DNA from: Octopus sinensis
Taxonomy: Eukaryota
Assembly: GCF_006345805.1 (NCBI RefSeq)
Contig: NC_043001.1
Span: 2,666,001-2,730,000, forward strand
Direction: 5' to 3'
DNA length: 64,000 nt
A program made the position numbers and the translations under genes. The notes below the pieces were generated by a model that was not told the origin of the DNA, made no database searches, and was given only the letters and a program-made list of their open reading frames with translations. Shown here piece after piece: positions 26,395-38,793 of this stretch; positions within the stretch are counted from its first letter, which is position 1; the number at the start of each line of letters is the position of its first letter.

Positions 26395-26796
26395 CGACTT
26401 ATGGAAATGTTCATCTGTAATTATCATTTCTTCCTATTGCACATCATTGGCATCATGCAACAGATTGTCGCTGTTTGGAAACAAGGCTCACCTATTTCTC
26501 AGACTAGGCATAAAGGTATTTCAGTTACTGCCACAGAATTTATTCTGAAGGTTCTCTCGAAACAGGGGTTTGTTGCTCCTTTCGTTGTTATTGTTCATTC
26601 CATTTCTTGCAGGCATTCAGTTCTAAGAGAGGATCTACACCAAGCCAATGTAGCACCTAGGTTTTTCGACTCTGCATCATTAATCTGCCACCCTTTCTCT
26701 CAACACCTTCTACTGGCCACAGTTCCAGTATGGTTCTATGTTTTGGCTGTCAGTAGGTCTTGCAAATCTATTCTGATGCTCTCTGACCACAGATCA

Positions 26797-26841
26797 TTAA
26801 TAATAATAATGATAATGACATTAATAATAATAATAATGATG

Positions 26842-26890
<49 letters not shown>

Positions 26891-26976
26891 CAATAACAAC
26901 ATTAATAATAGTAGTAGTTGTAGTAGTAATAGTAGCAGCAGAAGCAGCAGCAGTGGTAGCAGTAGCAGTAGTGGTT

Positions 26977-27050
<74 letters not shown>

Positions 27051-27051
27051 T

Positions 27052-27090
<39 letters not shown>

Positions 27091-27150
27091 ATGGTGGTGG
27101 TGGTGGTGGTGTTGGTGGTGGTGGTTGCGGCGGCAGCGGTGGTAGTGGTG
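26797..27150. repeat. Compound trinucleotide microsatellite (AAT)n-(GTA)n-(GTG)n
   Basis: Direct reading. Confidence 0.95.
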
Positions 27151-28186
27151 ATAAAATCATATTCTATTGTGAAGGAACCTTGAAAATTTGCAAGGGAAGT
27201 TGGCATTGACCCTGAATTAGATGAAGGACCAGAAATCACTGCCACAAAATAAACAAAGTTGGTCAAGCAGACGACAAAGAAGAATGGGCAGAACCAAATT
27301 GGGGAGCCGTGGAGCCAGAAGTCTGTGCATGGACAGAATATACTTCAAAGTCGAAATGCTGAGGTTCCGGACTGAAGGTTTCATATTGGTGGCACAGGAC
27401 CAAAGCTTGCTAACCTAAAAATACCATGCTGATATTCTTCAAAATGGTTCTGACCCTAAATGTAGATTCTGTGACACATTTGGCTAAACAATAGATAATC
27501 AGATCTTGAGATGCTGACATCAGACGAATACAAAAATCACCATGATAAGGCAGGACAATATTTACATTGGAAAATATGTAAATGCTACAAAATCAGCTCT
27601 CCTGCTTACTGGTATGAACATCATCCTGAGCTGTACTGCATTTTTAAAATGTCACAATTCTCTGAGATTTTCCAGTCAACACCAACAGAATGATCAAGGC
27701 TAATTGACCAGACATAATTATTAAAGACAAGAAGAAAATACTTGGAGACTAATAGATGTAAGTTTCCCCACTGATAAAAATATATCTATAAAGGAATTTG
27801 ACAAATTAAGTAAATATAAGGACCAGGAAATTGAAATACAAATGGTTGGAACATCTTAAAATGAGAACTGTTCCTGTTATTGTAGGTGCCCTAGGTATGA
27901 ATAAAAAAGGGATGATAGAAACATGGAAACATCTAGATAAGATCCCAGGAGAACCATGTCTCAGAGAAATCCCAAAGACTTTACTGACAAGTACTGCCTA
28001 CATCCTTAGGAAAACCCTATCCATTTAAATGTCTGTGTTGTATTACATGACGATATTTCGCCACTGCCCCTGCCACTTACCCTCCCAAGCTTTCAGTCAT
28101 ACAGTAACATCACTTTTCCTTCACTCACCCTAGGACATTGGGTGTGTCTCAGCAAGTGATTGTAACAAGCGTGCAGATTAAAAGTA
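27150..28186 (+). mobile_element. R4/Dong-like non-LTR retrotransposon, 5'-truncated, frameshifted
   Basis: W.QKSVHGQ, TEGFILVAQDQSLLT, DPKCRFC, HDKAGQYLHW, TVPVIVGALG..LRKTLSI*; the 3' UTR ends AAAAGTA followed by (AAT)n. Confidence 0.9.
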
Positions 28187-28689
28187 AATAATAATAATAA
28201 TAATAATAATAATTATTATTATTATTATTATTATCATTATTATTATTGTTATTATTTTGCAACTGAACTCTACACCCAGAAATGAATGAACAACAATGTA
28301 GATGGATAATATTGGGAAAAGAAAATAAGACTGATCTAATTAATAGTTATTTTGTGTCACAATGGAGTCAGAAATATATGAAACAAGATAGTTTCTCAAA
28401 GTCACAAAATAATAAAGGAAGAAAGTCTCAGAAGAGATACAACATAAGGAAGAATTTTAAAAAGAAATAGCAAAAATTCAAACAACAAAAATAAAAAGAA
28501 ACATCCTGAATAGGAATCACGAAAATAGAAAAAACTTAAAACAAAATAAACAAAACAAAACAAACAAATAGCAAAATAACATGAAAACCTCTCTCAGATG
28601 CTGCTTCATGGAATATTGAATGGTAAGAAGGAAACATGAATGAAAATATGAAGAGAAGGAAATAATAGGAAATACCTTTTTTTTTAGAT

Positions 28690-29150
28690 GACTAAAATTC
28701 TAAATCATCATAATCGTGATCATCACCCTCATCACCACCACCAGCATCGTTGTCATCATCATCATCATCATCATCTTCATCATCATCATCACCATCGTCG
28801 TCGTCGTCGTCATCATCATCATCATCATCATCATCAACCTCATCACCACCACCACCATCGTTGTCATCATCATCATCATCATCATCGTCGTGTCGTCGTC
28901 GTCGTCATCATCATCATCATCGTCATCATCACCCTCATCCCCACCACCATCGTTGTCCTCCTCATCACCATCATCATCATCACCATCATCATCATCACCC
29001 TCATCACAACCACCATCATCATCATCATCATAATCATCATCATCCTTGTTGTCGTCGTCATCATTATTGTTGGTGTTGTCGTTGTTGTCACCAACTTCAT
29101 CATCATCATCATCATCACCATCATCATTAGCATCATAACCATGCTCATCT
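28690..29150. repeat. (CAT)n/(CGT)n/(CAC)n compound microsatellite
   Basis: Direct reading. Confidence 0.95.
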
Positions 29151-30083
29151 TCATTATTCTACACCCACTTTCCATGTCAGCATGAGTTGGGTGGCTCCCT
29201 ATAATTGGGGTCTCTTCATATTTCATTTCAATAGGTCAGAGGCCCTCATCTCACCTGTGTCCTTCCTGTGACAGGGTTCCCTTCATAGCAATACCAACCA
29301 CTTTACAAGGTTTACTGGAAACTTGTTTGTCATTGCACCATTTCTTCTAGGCCGTGCCATGTCTTTAAAAAGACAATACGCACAAACCTTTGCTTTGCCT
29401 TAGAAGAAGAGCCATGATCTAGATATGACTATAAAGATGTCATGGCCTTGTCTCACTGTTCACTGAGTGAGGGCAATGAGTAACAGGGGTTTGAAAGACA
29501 GAGGCCTGCATCATATGGATAAGGGATAACATTTTGCATAAGATTGGGGAATAGGTGATAGGGTACTGATTATTCTGAGAAAAGAATCCTGCTCCTGCTC
29601 ATCAGAATCATTTAATGTCCATTTCCCATGCTAGCATCGATTCAATGGTTTGACAGGAGCTGGGACGCAATAGAGTGGTACCAGGCTCCAGCCATATGTT
29701 CCGACCAGATTTCTATAGCTGAAGGTGCTTGCTAATGGCAACCACTTTACAGAGTGCACTGGGTGCTCTTTATGTGGCACCAGCACAGGCACATTTTATG
29801 TGACAGTGGAACAGGTGTGTAAATTGGAAAGGAACCTGACAAAGAGGATAAGGTGATGTCAGAAGGCAGCGTGGGTCAAGAAATAGAAGGATGAAAGAGA
29901 TCTAAGGTGTACGGAAGAAAAGGAAACAGAATATAAAGGTTGTTTGAAGGAAACAGGAGGAATAACAAAACAACAGAGAAAAGGAGGCTGACAACAAAGT
30001 CTGCAGGGTTCAACTGATCTAATGTACATTATTTACATTATTTACATTTGACAGATACATTTGTCCTTATCTTCTTTGTTGTT

Positions 30084-30129
30084 AACACAACGTTTCAGCT
30101 GATATACTCTCCAGCCTTCATCAGGTGTC
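30084..30129 (-). ncRNA. Minimal type I hammerhead ribozyme motif (predicted)
   Basis: rc: GACAC-CTGATGA-A-GGCTG-GAGAGTATAT-CAGCT-GAAAC-GTT-GTGTT; stem I ACAC/GTGT, stem II 5 bp, palindromic stem III AACGTT. Confidence 0.6.
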
Positions 30130-30203
30130 TTGGGGAAATTTCGAACCTGGGTTTTCATTCCTAAGGTATTGTTCAATGTTGTTATTATTATTATTATTAT
30201 TCA

Positions 30204-30268
30204 GGTCACTGCCTGGAATCGAACTCAGAATCTTGGGGTTAGTAGCCCGCGTTCTATACCATATGGCT
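30204..30268 (-). other. tRNA-derived head of the P1 composite element (not a functional tRNA gene)
   Basis: rc: ..TGGTATAGAACGCGGG-CTACTAA-CCCC..CTGAG-TTCGATT-CCAGG; anticodon-arm and T-arm/B-box features; acceptor stem incomplete. Confidence 0.55.
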
Positions 30269-30311
30269 GGGCTTCTAACCCCAAGATTCTGAGTTCGATT
30301 CCAGGCAGTGA

Positions 30312-30374
<63 letters not shown>

Positions 30375-30435
30375 TAATAACAACAACATCGAACAATACC
30401 TTAGGAATGAGAACCCAGGTTCGAAATTTCCCCAA

Positions 30436-30478
30436 GACACCTGATGAAGGCTGGAAGGTGTATCAGCCGAAACGTGTT
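30436..30478 (+). ncRNA. Hammerhead motif, second copy with a 3-nt deletion at the cleavage site/stem I
   Basis: GACAC-CTGATGA-A-GGCTG-GAAGGTGTAT-CAGCC-GAAAC-GTGTT. Confidence 0.5.
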
Positions 30479-30747
30479 AACAACAATCAAGATGAGGACA
30501 AATATCCATCAAATGTAAATAATGTAAATAAAGTACATATTTCCTCATCTCTTAAATATAGAACTGTATGATCCAATGTAGTCTTCTAGACGTAGACCTT
30601 CAGATGGGTCTCTCTCCACTTTGTTCCACATCTCCCTGGGTCTACCCTTCCCACAGCTATACATACATATATACATATATATACAAGCGAAAATCACAAG
30701 TTGTAAAATCTCAAGAAGAGATAGAGTAGTAACACTACAAAACAATT

Positions 30748-31480
30748 AAGTCAGTCGTCACATCAAAGTGGCTGTTGACTGTTACTGCTAATTTAACCCC
30801 AGGCAGATTCTCCACCAGCTGGTTATTGGTGCGGCACTCTGCACCTTTTATAAACAATATATTGTTAGTGGTAGCAGACTCTGACTATCCCTCTGGCATG
30901 CAGGTGCTCGTGACTGGGGATGAGCAAAGTAGCTGGAAACTGAGTCAGTCTCATGATCCTGCTAGCTGCTAGAGGGTGGTAGGGGTTCACTTCCCCTGAT
31001 GGCAATTCATTGTATGATGCCAGTTCCACCTGACTGGCACCCATGCCAGTGACACGTAAAAAGCACCATTCAAGTGTGGTCGATGCCAGTGCAGCCTGAC
31101 TAGACCCGTGCCTGTGGCATGTAACAGTCACCATTAAAGCATGGCCATTGCCAGTGCTGTCTGACTGGCTCCCATGCCGGTGGCATGTAAAAAGCACTCA
31201 CTACATTCTCGGAGTGGTTGGCATTAGGAAGGGCATCCAGCTATAGAAACCTTGCCAGATCAGATTGGAGCCTGGTGCAGCCCCTGGCTTCCCAGACCCC
31301 GGTCGAACCGTCCAACCCATGCCAGTATGGGAAACAGACATTAAACGACAATGATGATAATGATGAGGATGATGATGAAAAATGGTGCAGAGTGTCAATC
31401 TGATAACCAGTTTGGGGAGGTCTGCCATGGGTTAAACAAGGAGTACCACTCAACAGCCACTTTGATGTGACGACTGACTT
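30748..31480. mobile_element. MITE-like element with ~100-bp TIRs and a nested family C insertion (about 31025-31380)
   Basis: AAGTCAGTCGTCACATCAAAGTGGCTGTTGA at 30748 and its exact reverse complement ending at 31480; homology continues about 100 bp. Confidence 0.7.
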
Positions 31481-31519
<39 letters not shown>

Positions 31520-31944
31520 TACACACATGCATATATGTGTATCACAGTATGACAGTATTGATCAGTCCGATCAGATATGCTGTTAAACACCACTGGTCAT
31601 GATTCACTTCCACTTCTGTCTTGCTTGCGCCATTCTTTTCTATTTTAACCAAAATTGCTTGACTAAATTGTCTTCCCAATGCTGCCATCACCGTGGAGCT
31701 CATCAACGTGGCCTTTTCTGATCTCTTGGATACAACTTGGCAACTACATGGGGGTCACCTGTTGTCTTTGAATTTTGTAACATGTCAGGCCCAGAGGAAC
31801 TTGTGTTTTTGGTATTTTGCGATTACATTTTTCACTATGATAAGAATTGGAATATATATAAACATACATACATACATATATATATATATACATGCATGCA
31901 TACATACATACATACATACATACATACATACATACATGCATACA

Positions 31945-31980
<36 letters not shown>

Positions 31981-32141
31981 TAGAGAGTGAGAGAGAGCAA
32001 AAAATAATATTTGCCCTTCTTATAGAAACAAAAGGGTTTATAGGGCTGCAATAGAAGTGCTCAAATATAAATGAGACGAAGATAAAGAAGCATTTGTTAT
32101 ATATATATATATATATATGATGATGATATATGTATGTATGC

Positions 32142-32209
<68 letters not shown>

Positions 32210-32280
32210 TGAGAGAGAGAGACAAACAATTTATGTTAAATCTCTGAGCGAGAGATATATGCTGTAACAGTACCGAATAG

Positions 32281-32430
32281 TAATGTTTATATGCCAACAG
32301 AATGTGGCAGTCCTTTAAAGGATGATATTACTGTTGTTATAGCCCCAGGAAAACATGTTTGCCCGGGGCTAAAACTACAGTAACGTCATCCTTTATAGGA
32401 CAGCCACATTCTGTTGGCATATAAACATTA
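32281..32430. repeat. 150-bp hairpin element
   Basis: Arms 32281-32346 and 32365-32430, mostly complementary; loop contains AAACATGTTT. Confidence 0.85.
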
Positions 32431-33443
32431 ATATATATATATATATATATACATGCATATACATGCATATATATATATATAAATATATGTACGTATGTAT
32501 GTATTGGTGAATTATGTTAGAGGTTATAACAACTGTCTAAGTGATAACTTGTATCCAATGAATCTTTGGGTGTATTAGCTATATCTTATACCGAGCATTC
32601 ATGTTAATGCTCATAAATGTTGATAGGTAATGACAAAAATAAACTAGATTTTATCAATATTCTCCGTTTTCTGTTTTCCTTCATCATCATCATCATCATC
32701 GGTTAGCGTCCACTTTCCATGCTAGCTTGGGTTATATATATATATCATCACCATCATCATCATCAACATCACCATCATCATCATCATTAATGTATGTGTT
32801 TCATGCATGCATGGGTGGGACAGTTTTACAAGAGCTGACCAGGCCAAAGCCTGCACCAGACTTCTGTGATTATTTTGGCAGGATTTTTACAGCTGGATGC
32901 CCTTCAGTACATCAGCCACTTTACAGTGTGGACTGGATGCTTTTAAGTGGTACCTGCATTGACAGGGTCACCAAGTACTTGCAAAACAAAAACTTTTAAG
33001 AGGGGAGGAGGCATTGGAGGAGGTGATGAGGAAAAGGTTATAGGGAGACAGATACTGGTGTGTTGCCGAAGAAGAAGTACATGGTTACCTGGCCGGAGAG
33101 AGAAAGATCAGCAATAAAGACAGGAACAGGTGTGCTACCACAAAGAAAATACATGGCTGCCCAACCTGAGGGAAGTGCAGGAGAAAGACAGAGAGAGAGA
33201 GAGAGAGTGGGAGAATGCAGGATGGAGGTGGTGGCATTATGCTGGGCATACTCACAAGGGATAGGGATCAGAATATAAATGAAATGGTTGAGTAAAGGAA
33301 GAGAGAGATATAGATAGTGGCAAGTGCCGGGGCATATCCTTGAGGTTCAAATGCTATAATATAAGCGAGAGGATTTTGCGAAGAGAGTGCAATTAAAGAG
33401 TGCAAGTAAGTAGTGAAAGACCTGGGTATGCATAGTGATGGAG

Positions 33444-33695
33444 TAAATTTATACGTCTCGAAACAAACCGATAGAAATCTCTAAAAAATTCGTTATTACC
33501 GTATTGGTCCAATTTCGGGGTTAATTCACAAGAAATTTTCCCCTCTTCAGCAGTACATATGCGAGATATAAATGAAATACTTACTCATACCCACGGAAGA
33601 AGCAAGCACCAAGTCCCGAGCAGACCTAAGTACCCCAAATATATCCAAATAGAAAAATCTTCGGCGCACCTCGAGACACGTGTGATTCGAACTAG
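33444..33695. repeat. Inverted copy of the internal part (33788-34039) of the adjacent MITE
   Basis: About 250 bp, high-identity reverse complement; CpG-rich. Confidence 0.85.
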
Positions 33696-33743
33696 AAACT
33701 TTCACAGAGTGATAGAATCCGGAAGTGAACACTAATCTATTTA

Positions 33744-34203
33744 TAATTGATATAGGATAAAAATTTTTTCATGAAAAGAATTTTATCCTAGTTCGAATCA
33801 CACGTGTCTCGAGATGTGCCGAAGATTTTCTATTTTGGATATATTTGGGGTACTTAAGTCTGCTCGGGACTTGGTGCTTGCTTCTTCCGTGGGTATGAAT
33901 AAGTATTTCATTTATAACTCGCGTATGTGCAGCTGAAGAGGGGAAAATTTCTTGTGAATTAACCCCGAAATTGGACCAATACGGTAATAACAAATTTTTT
34001 AGAGATTTCTATCGGTTTGTTTCGAGACACGTAAATTTAATGGTTATTGACAAGTTTTTTATTTCGGCGTATCTGGCATTAGAATTTTTCTTCTGCCCTT
34101 ATCTTGTAAATTATGTATAAATTTTACCTTTAAAGGCATTTTTTGATATGCTGGCTATTGATAAATTTTTTTTCTTGAAAAAATTTTTATCCTATATCAA
34201 TTA
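33744..34203. mobile_element. 460-bp MITE with 34-bp TIRs and TA flanks (Tc1/mariner-type target)
   Basis: TA|TAATTGATATAGGATAAAAATTTTTTCATGAAAA ... TTTTCTTGAAAAAATTTTTATCCTATATCAATTA|TA. Confidence 0.75.
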
Positions 34204-34249
34204 TACACACACACATATATATATATATATATACACATATAATCATACA

Positions 34250-34283
<34 letters not shown>

Positions 34284-34919
34284 CATACATACACATAGAT
34301 GGTCAAGACAAGAAGACACACTGACACACAAGTGTAAGTATAATTATATATACAACAGGCTTCAATCTGTTTCCATGTATAAAATCCACTTTTCCCACCC
34401 TGTAGATATAGTGAAAGACACTTGAAAAAGTTGCTTTGGTGTGGAACTGAACTTGAAGCCACATGACTGGGAAGTAAACTTGGTGACAAACACATTGATA
34501 TTTAAACTTTTTATTAAATATTTTGAATATAATTTTTTCATACGGTATCGCATTCACTCAACACTATCCAGTTTGTTGTAAATGTATATTACAAACATAT
34601 TTGTAACCATTTGAAATATTTGCTGCTATCATTATTATTATTATTGTTGTTGTTATTTATTAGTATCTTTTATTTTTCTTTTCTTTTTTACTCTCTCTTG
34701 ATGGTGCCATCTTTTGTTATATATTTCTAAATTGTCTCAAAGTATCTTAAAATATTTGTCTATAGAATTAGTCTTATATTAGAATATTTCTTATGTATTT
34801 AAGCTTTTTTGATTTCATATATTATATTTACGTACGTATGTTTGTAAATTCACACTATAAATATATATATATATATATGTATGCTTGTATATACATATAT
34901 GTGTCAGTGTGTTTATCTA

Positions 34920-35006
<87 letters not shown>

Positions 35007-35615
35007 ATATATAATGTATGTATGTGTGAAGTAATGTTTACCACCACAACAACTAGCTACTTTGCTTTATGTATGTATTTATGTATATATATACATGAAT
35101 GTATACATGTGTTTGTATATATGTGTATATATATATATATGTATATATGTATATGTGTGTATGTCTGTATGTGTACACGCACACTTATATACACACTTCT
35201 TATATTTATTTGAAAACACATACAAATTATGTATGTATAAAATACTATCAAGTAATCTCGCTGGAATGGTGTGGGGGGCACCTGTACTCTGTACTTCATA
35301 AGTCTTGTATATTGGTGTTTCTAGACTCGATCGAATGGTCAACATTAACTTTCTACTCTTGTTTACCAAATCAATTAAATCCGCCAACTTGATAATAACC
35401 TACAACATGACTTATGATATCAGCTGATATTGTAAAGATACTTTGAGGAAGTTTAAGAATAAATACAACAGACTTTTTCTCCAACCATTTAACACCCCAT
35501 CCTTGCTATTGACAAGCGAAAGAAAAGAGAAAGGAAATGCTTTAATACAATTAATATTTATAATAATAATAATAATAATATTAATAATAATAATAACAAT
35601 AATGATAATAATATC

Positions 35616-35672
<57 letters not shown>

Positions 35673-36199
35673 TGTTTTTTCTTTATTGGCTACAAGATTG
35701 TTGTATATACATACAAAACAATTTACATGAAATGGACCCCTACACACACACACACACACGCGCATCAAATAAATGCAAGAAGAAAAATTTCTGCTACAGG
35801 GAATCTAATCCAATAACTTAATTTTGTATAAACTGTTCCCTGCCTTTAGCAAAAAAATGAAAAAATATATGTTTGGGTGTGTGTGTGTGTGTGTTTATAT
35901 ATCTAACTATCTGCCCACACAGACACACACACATTACTTAAACCAATTTGATTTGGTTCTACGTGACTTAAAGTTTCACAGGCCTCTAATACAACAAGCT
36001 TATTTCATTTGAGCTTAGATCACAGAATGGAGAAATACAAAGAGCCCAGAAAATAGGTTGCTATTGGTCAAGGTGGGTCACATGGTCTTTTCAGAGTAGG
36101 ATATCTGTTATCCAACAACTGCAGTTGCTTTAAGTAAAGGGGAATTTCTTTGACCGTGAGGCTGGACAGGAAGCTGGTAGTGCCTAAATGTGTATATAT

Positions 36200-36390
36200 A
36201 TATAGGGAGAATTCACAAAGAAACAAAAACGAAGACATGTGGTGTAGTCAACAAATAGATGTATTAGTAAAGCACTCGGGAAGTGAAAAAGTCTTTAACA
36301 TTTCGAGCCTACACTCTTCCCCAGAATGGAACAAAGAAAGAAACAAGGAGAGAAAATATAGAATGCGTAGTGGCTAGTGATCTATCAGAG
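36200..36390 (-). mobile_element. Possible Penelope-like terminal repeat (family P3) with a decayed hammerhead-like motif
   Basis: Starts TAGGGAGA.TT.ACAAA like 2910-2970; rc 36291-36324 CTGGGGA-A-GAGT-GTAG-GCTC-GAAAT-GTT. Confidence 0.35.
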
Positions 36391-36987
36391 TGAATATACT
36401 TAAGACTTAGTTGTGATCTGAACATAACCGCTTCTGACACAGAGGATTCAGAGCCCTTTTGGGCATTTTATTTTCCTTGCTGGAAGGGTTCCTAACCCCT
36501 GGGAAAAGGGGAGGTTAGATGATGGGGTGGTGTTTTCAAAAGGGCTGGCATGTGCAACCTGATCACCTCTGCCAATCAAACTCCCAAAACATGCGCTCCT
36601 GTTGTGACACTGATTCTGCAGAACTGGTTTGGGTGTGAGTTCTTGACTTGTACTTTATTGTAACTATACCAGGAGATGGAAAGGCAGCATCAACCTCTTC
36701 AAGATTTGAACTCAGAAAGTGAAGTGTAATGAAAAAATGTCTCTAAGCATTTTGGTAGATGCTCAAGCAGTTCGGTCATTCCTCTAATGTTATTATAAGA
36801 ATTTTTATTTGAAGCTAACCAAAGTAATAAATGGAACTCCAATATAAGGTTTTTGCTGAAGAGGAATACATTCTGAAAAGAATACTCATTTGCATATTTA
36901 ATGACATTATTAAATACAGCCAAGAATTATTGTTTATCTGTTTGTATCTACCAGTTTTTATTTCTTTAAAAAATACTTTAGAACAAA

Positions 36988-37375
36988 AGGAGTGGCTGTG
37001 TGGTAAGTAGCTTGCTTACGAACTACATGGTTCCGGGTTCATTCCCACTGCGTGGCACTTTGGGCAAGTGTCTTCTACTATAGCCTCGGGCTGACCAAAG
37101 CCTTGTGAGTGGATTTGGTAGATGGAAACTGAAAGAAACCTGTCATATATATATATATATGTGTGTCTGCGCTTGTCCCCCCACCATCGCTTAACAACCA
37201 ATGGTTGTGTGTTTACATCCCTGTAACTTAGCAGTTTGGCAAAAGAAACCGATAGAATAAGTACTAGGCTTACAAAGAATAACTCCTGGGTTCGATTTGC
37301 TCGATGAAAGGCAGTGCTCCAGCATGGCCACAGTCAAATGACTGAAACATGTAAAGGAGCAAAATAGTAAAGAAA
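36988..37375 (+). mobile_element. SINE family A, full-length reference copy
   Basis: GGAGTGGCTGTGTGGTAAG (A-box), GGGTTCATTCCC (B-box-like), internal (TA)/(TG) microsatellite, conserved tail ..CAGCATGGCC.CAGTCAAATGACTGAAAC. Confidence 0.85.
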
Positions 37376-38299
37376 AAGGAACATTTTTACTCATTCTTCT
37401 CCCTTACACAAAGGTAATGAACATGATATGGATATTTAAGAAGAAAAGCATCTTAACAGCCATCATAATAAGTCTTCATTTACAGGAGACAATGTCACCA
37501 TCACATACTTATTTCAGACCGTGGGTAGAAACTGCAGATGGAGTCATGCGTCTTTTTACAGAAACACATAGTTTTTGAACCTGGAAAAATTCAAATTCTC
37601 AATAAACTGAGCCCTGTCTTCTGCTTAGAAATAAATATCTTCCACTTTCAAATGCTGTGTTTTTAAATGAAATTTTATTTTATTAAATAAACTCCTTATT
37701 TCCTATGACTGCATAAATATAATGTAATTTTCCTTTAGAAATTGAATGCACTGAAGAGGCAAGTTATGATGAAACAAATGTCTGTTTGGAGATTTAGGAG
37801 TATTATCAAATACACACAAAGAACATTTTGTTTATTTATTGTTTGTAGTTATTAGTCTTTATTTCCCAATAGACAGATTAATTTGGAATAAAAGGAAAAA
37901 AAAAGGAATTTTCCCCCACATTTCACTCCTACAAAATGTAACAATACAGCTATACTTTTATCCTTTTATATGTTTCCGCCTTGAGGCTGTGGCCATACTA
38001 ATAATACATGAGTATTGCAAAGTGCGGATTGGAAGGGAGAAGTGATGTGAGGAGTAACGAAAAGAAAAGCAATCGAATGGGAAAAATACAATGAAATAAT
38101 GAACAAAAGAACAACAAATTCTCTTCCTGCAAAACATTAAAATGATAAATAAAACTAATAAAATATAATTTTGTATTTTTGTTTTTGCTCTTTTTAGTTT
38201 GTCTTTTTACAGATTTGCTGTTGATTGCCCTGGGCCAAACATGAATATAAACAGAGCTTAAAATGGTTTCAAATTCTAGCATAGGGTGAGCAATTTCAA

Positions 38300-38470
38300 A
38301 GAAGTGGGTAAGATGATTATATCAACCCCAGTGTGCAACTGGTACTTATTTTATTGATCCCAAAAGGATGAAAGGTAAAGTAGGTCTCAGTGGAATTTGA
38401 ATACAAAATTCAAAGTTAGGCGAAATGCTGCAAAGCATGTTTCCTCCCAAATGCCAATGATTCTTCCAGT
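38300..38470 (-). mobile_element. SINE family B (degenerate)
   Basis: Reverse match to 57535-57815. Confidence 0.55.
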
Positions 38471-38574
38471 AATTAAAGAAATCTTATAATACTTGGCCTT
38501 CTATCTATAGCTGTGTTTACCAAAGGTTGTGTTATTCAATATCTTTTCTTTTTAAGAGATAGACTGTGATTTAA

Positions 38575-38793
38575 CCCTTTCATTACCAACCAGCTGAAAC
38601 CGGCTCTGACTCTGAGTATAAATGTCTTGTTTTCATAAGTTTTGAATTAAAATCTTCCATGAAACCTTAGCCACAATTTATGTTCCTAACGCTAGCTGAA
38701 TGATAACTAAGTTATTTTACTAAATTCTTTGTTATATTTAAAGTAATTGAAAGAAACGCAAAGCATCTCAACAGAAATATGGTAACAAAAGGG
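38575..38793. mobile_element. piggyBac-type MITE
   Basis: TTAA|CCCTTTCATTACCA ... TGGTAACAAAAGGG|TTAA: TTAA duplication and CCC..GGG termini. Confidence 0.8.

Larger units (their letters stand above)
30022..30538. mobile_element. 517-bp palindrome of a composite element: tRNA-like head + (AAT)n + hammerhead-bearing tail (family P1)
   Basis: The two arms are reverse complements apart from (AAT)n length and a few substitutions; centre at about 30250-30268. Confidence 0.85.

Noticed and set aside
1285-35768. Numerous 60-320 aa ORFs rich in HT, YI, VC, LSIY, poly-I/L/N/H/S
   Set aside because: They are translations of di-, tri- and tetranucleotide microsatellites, not genes.
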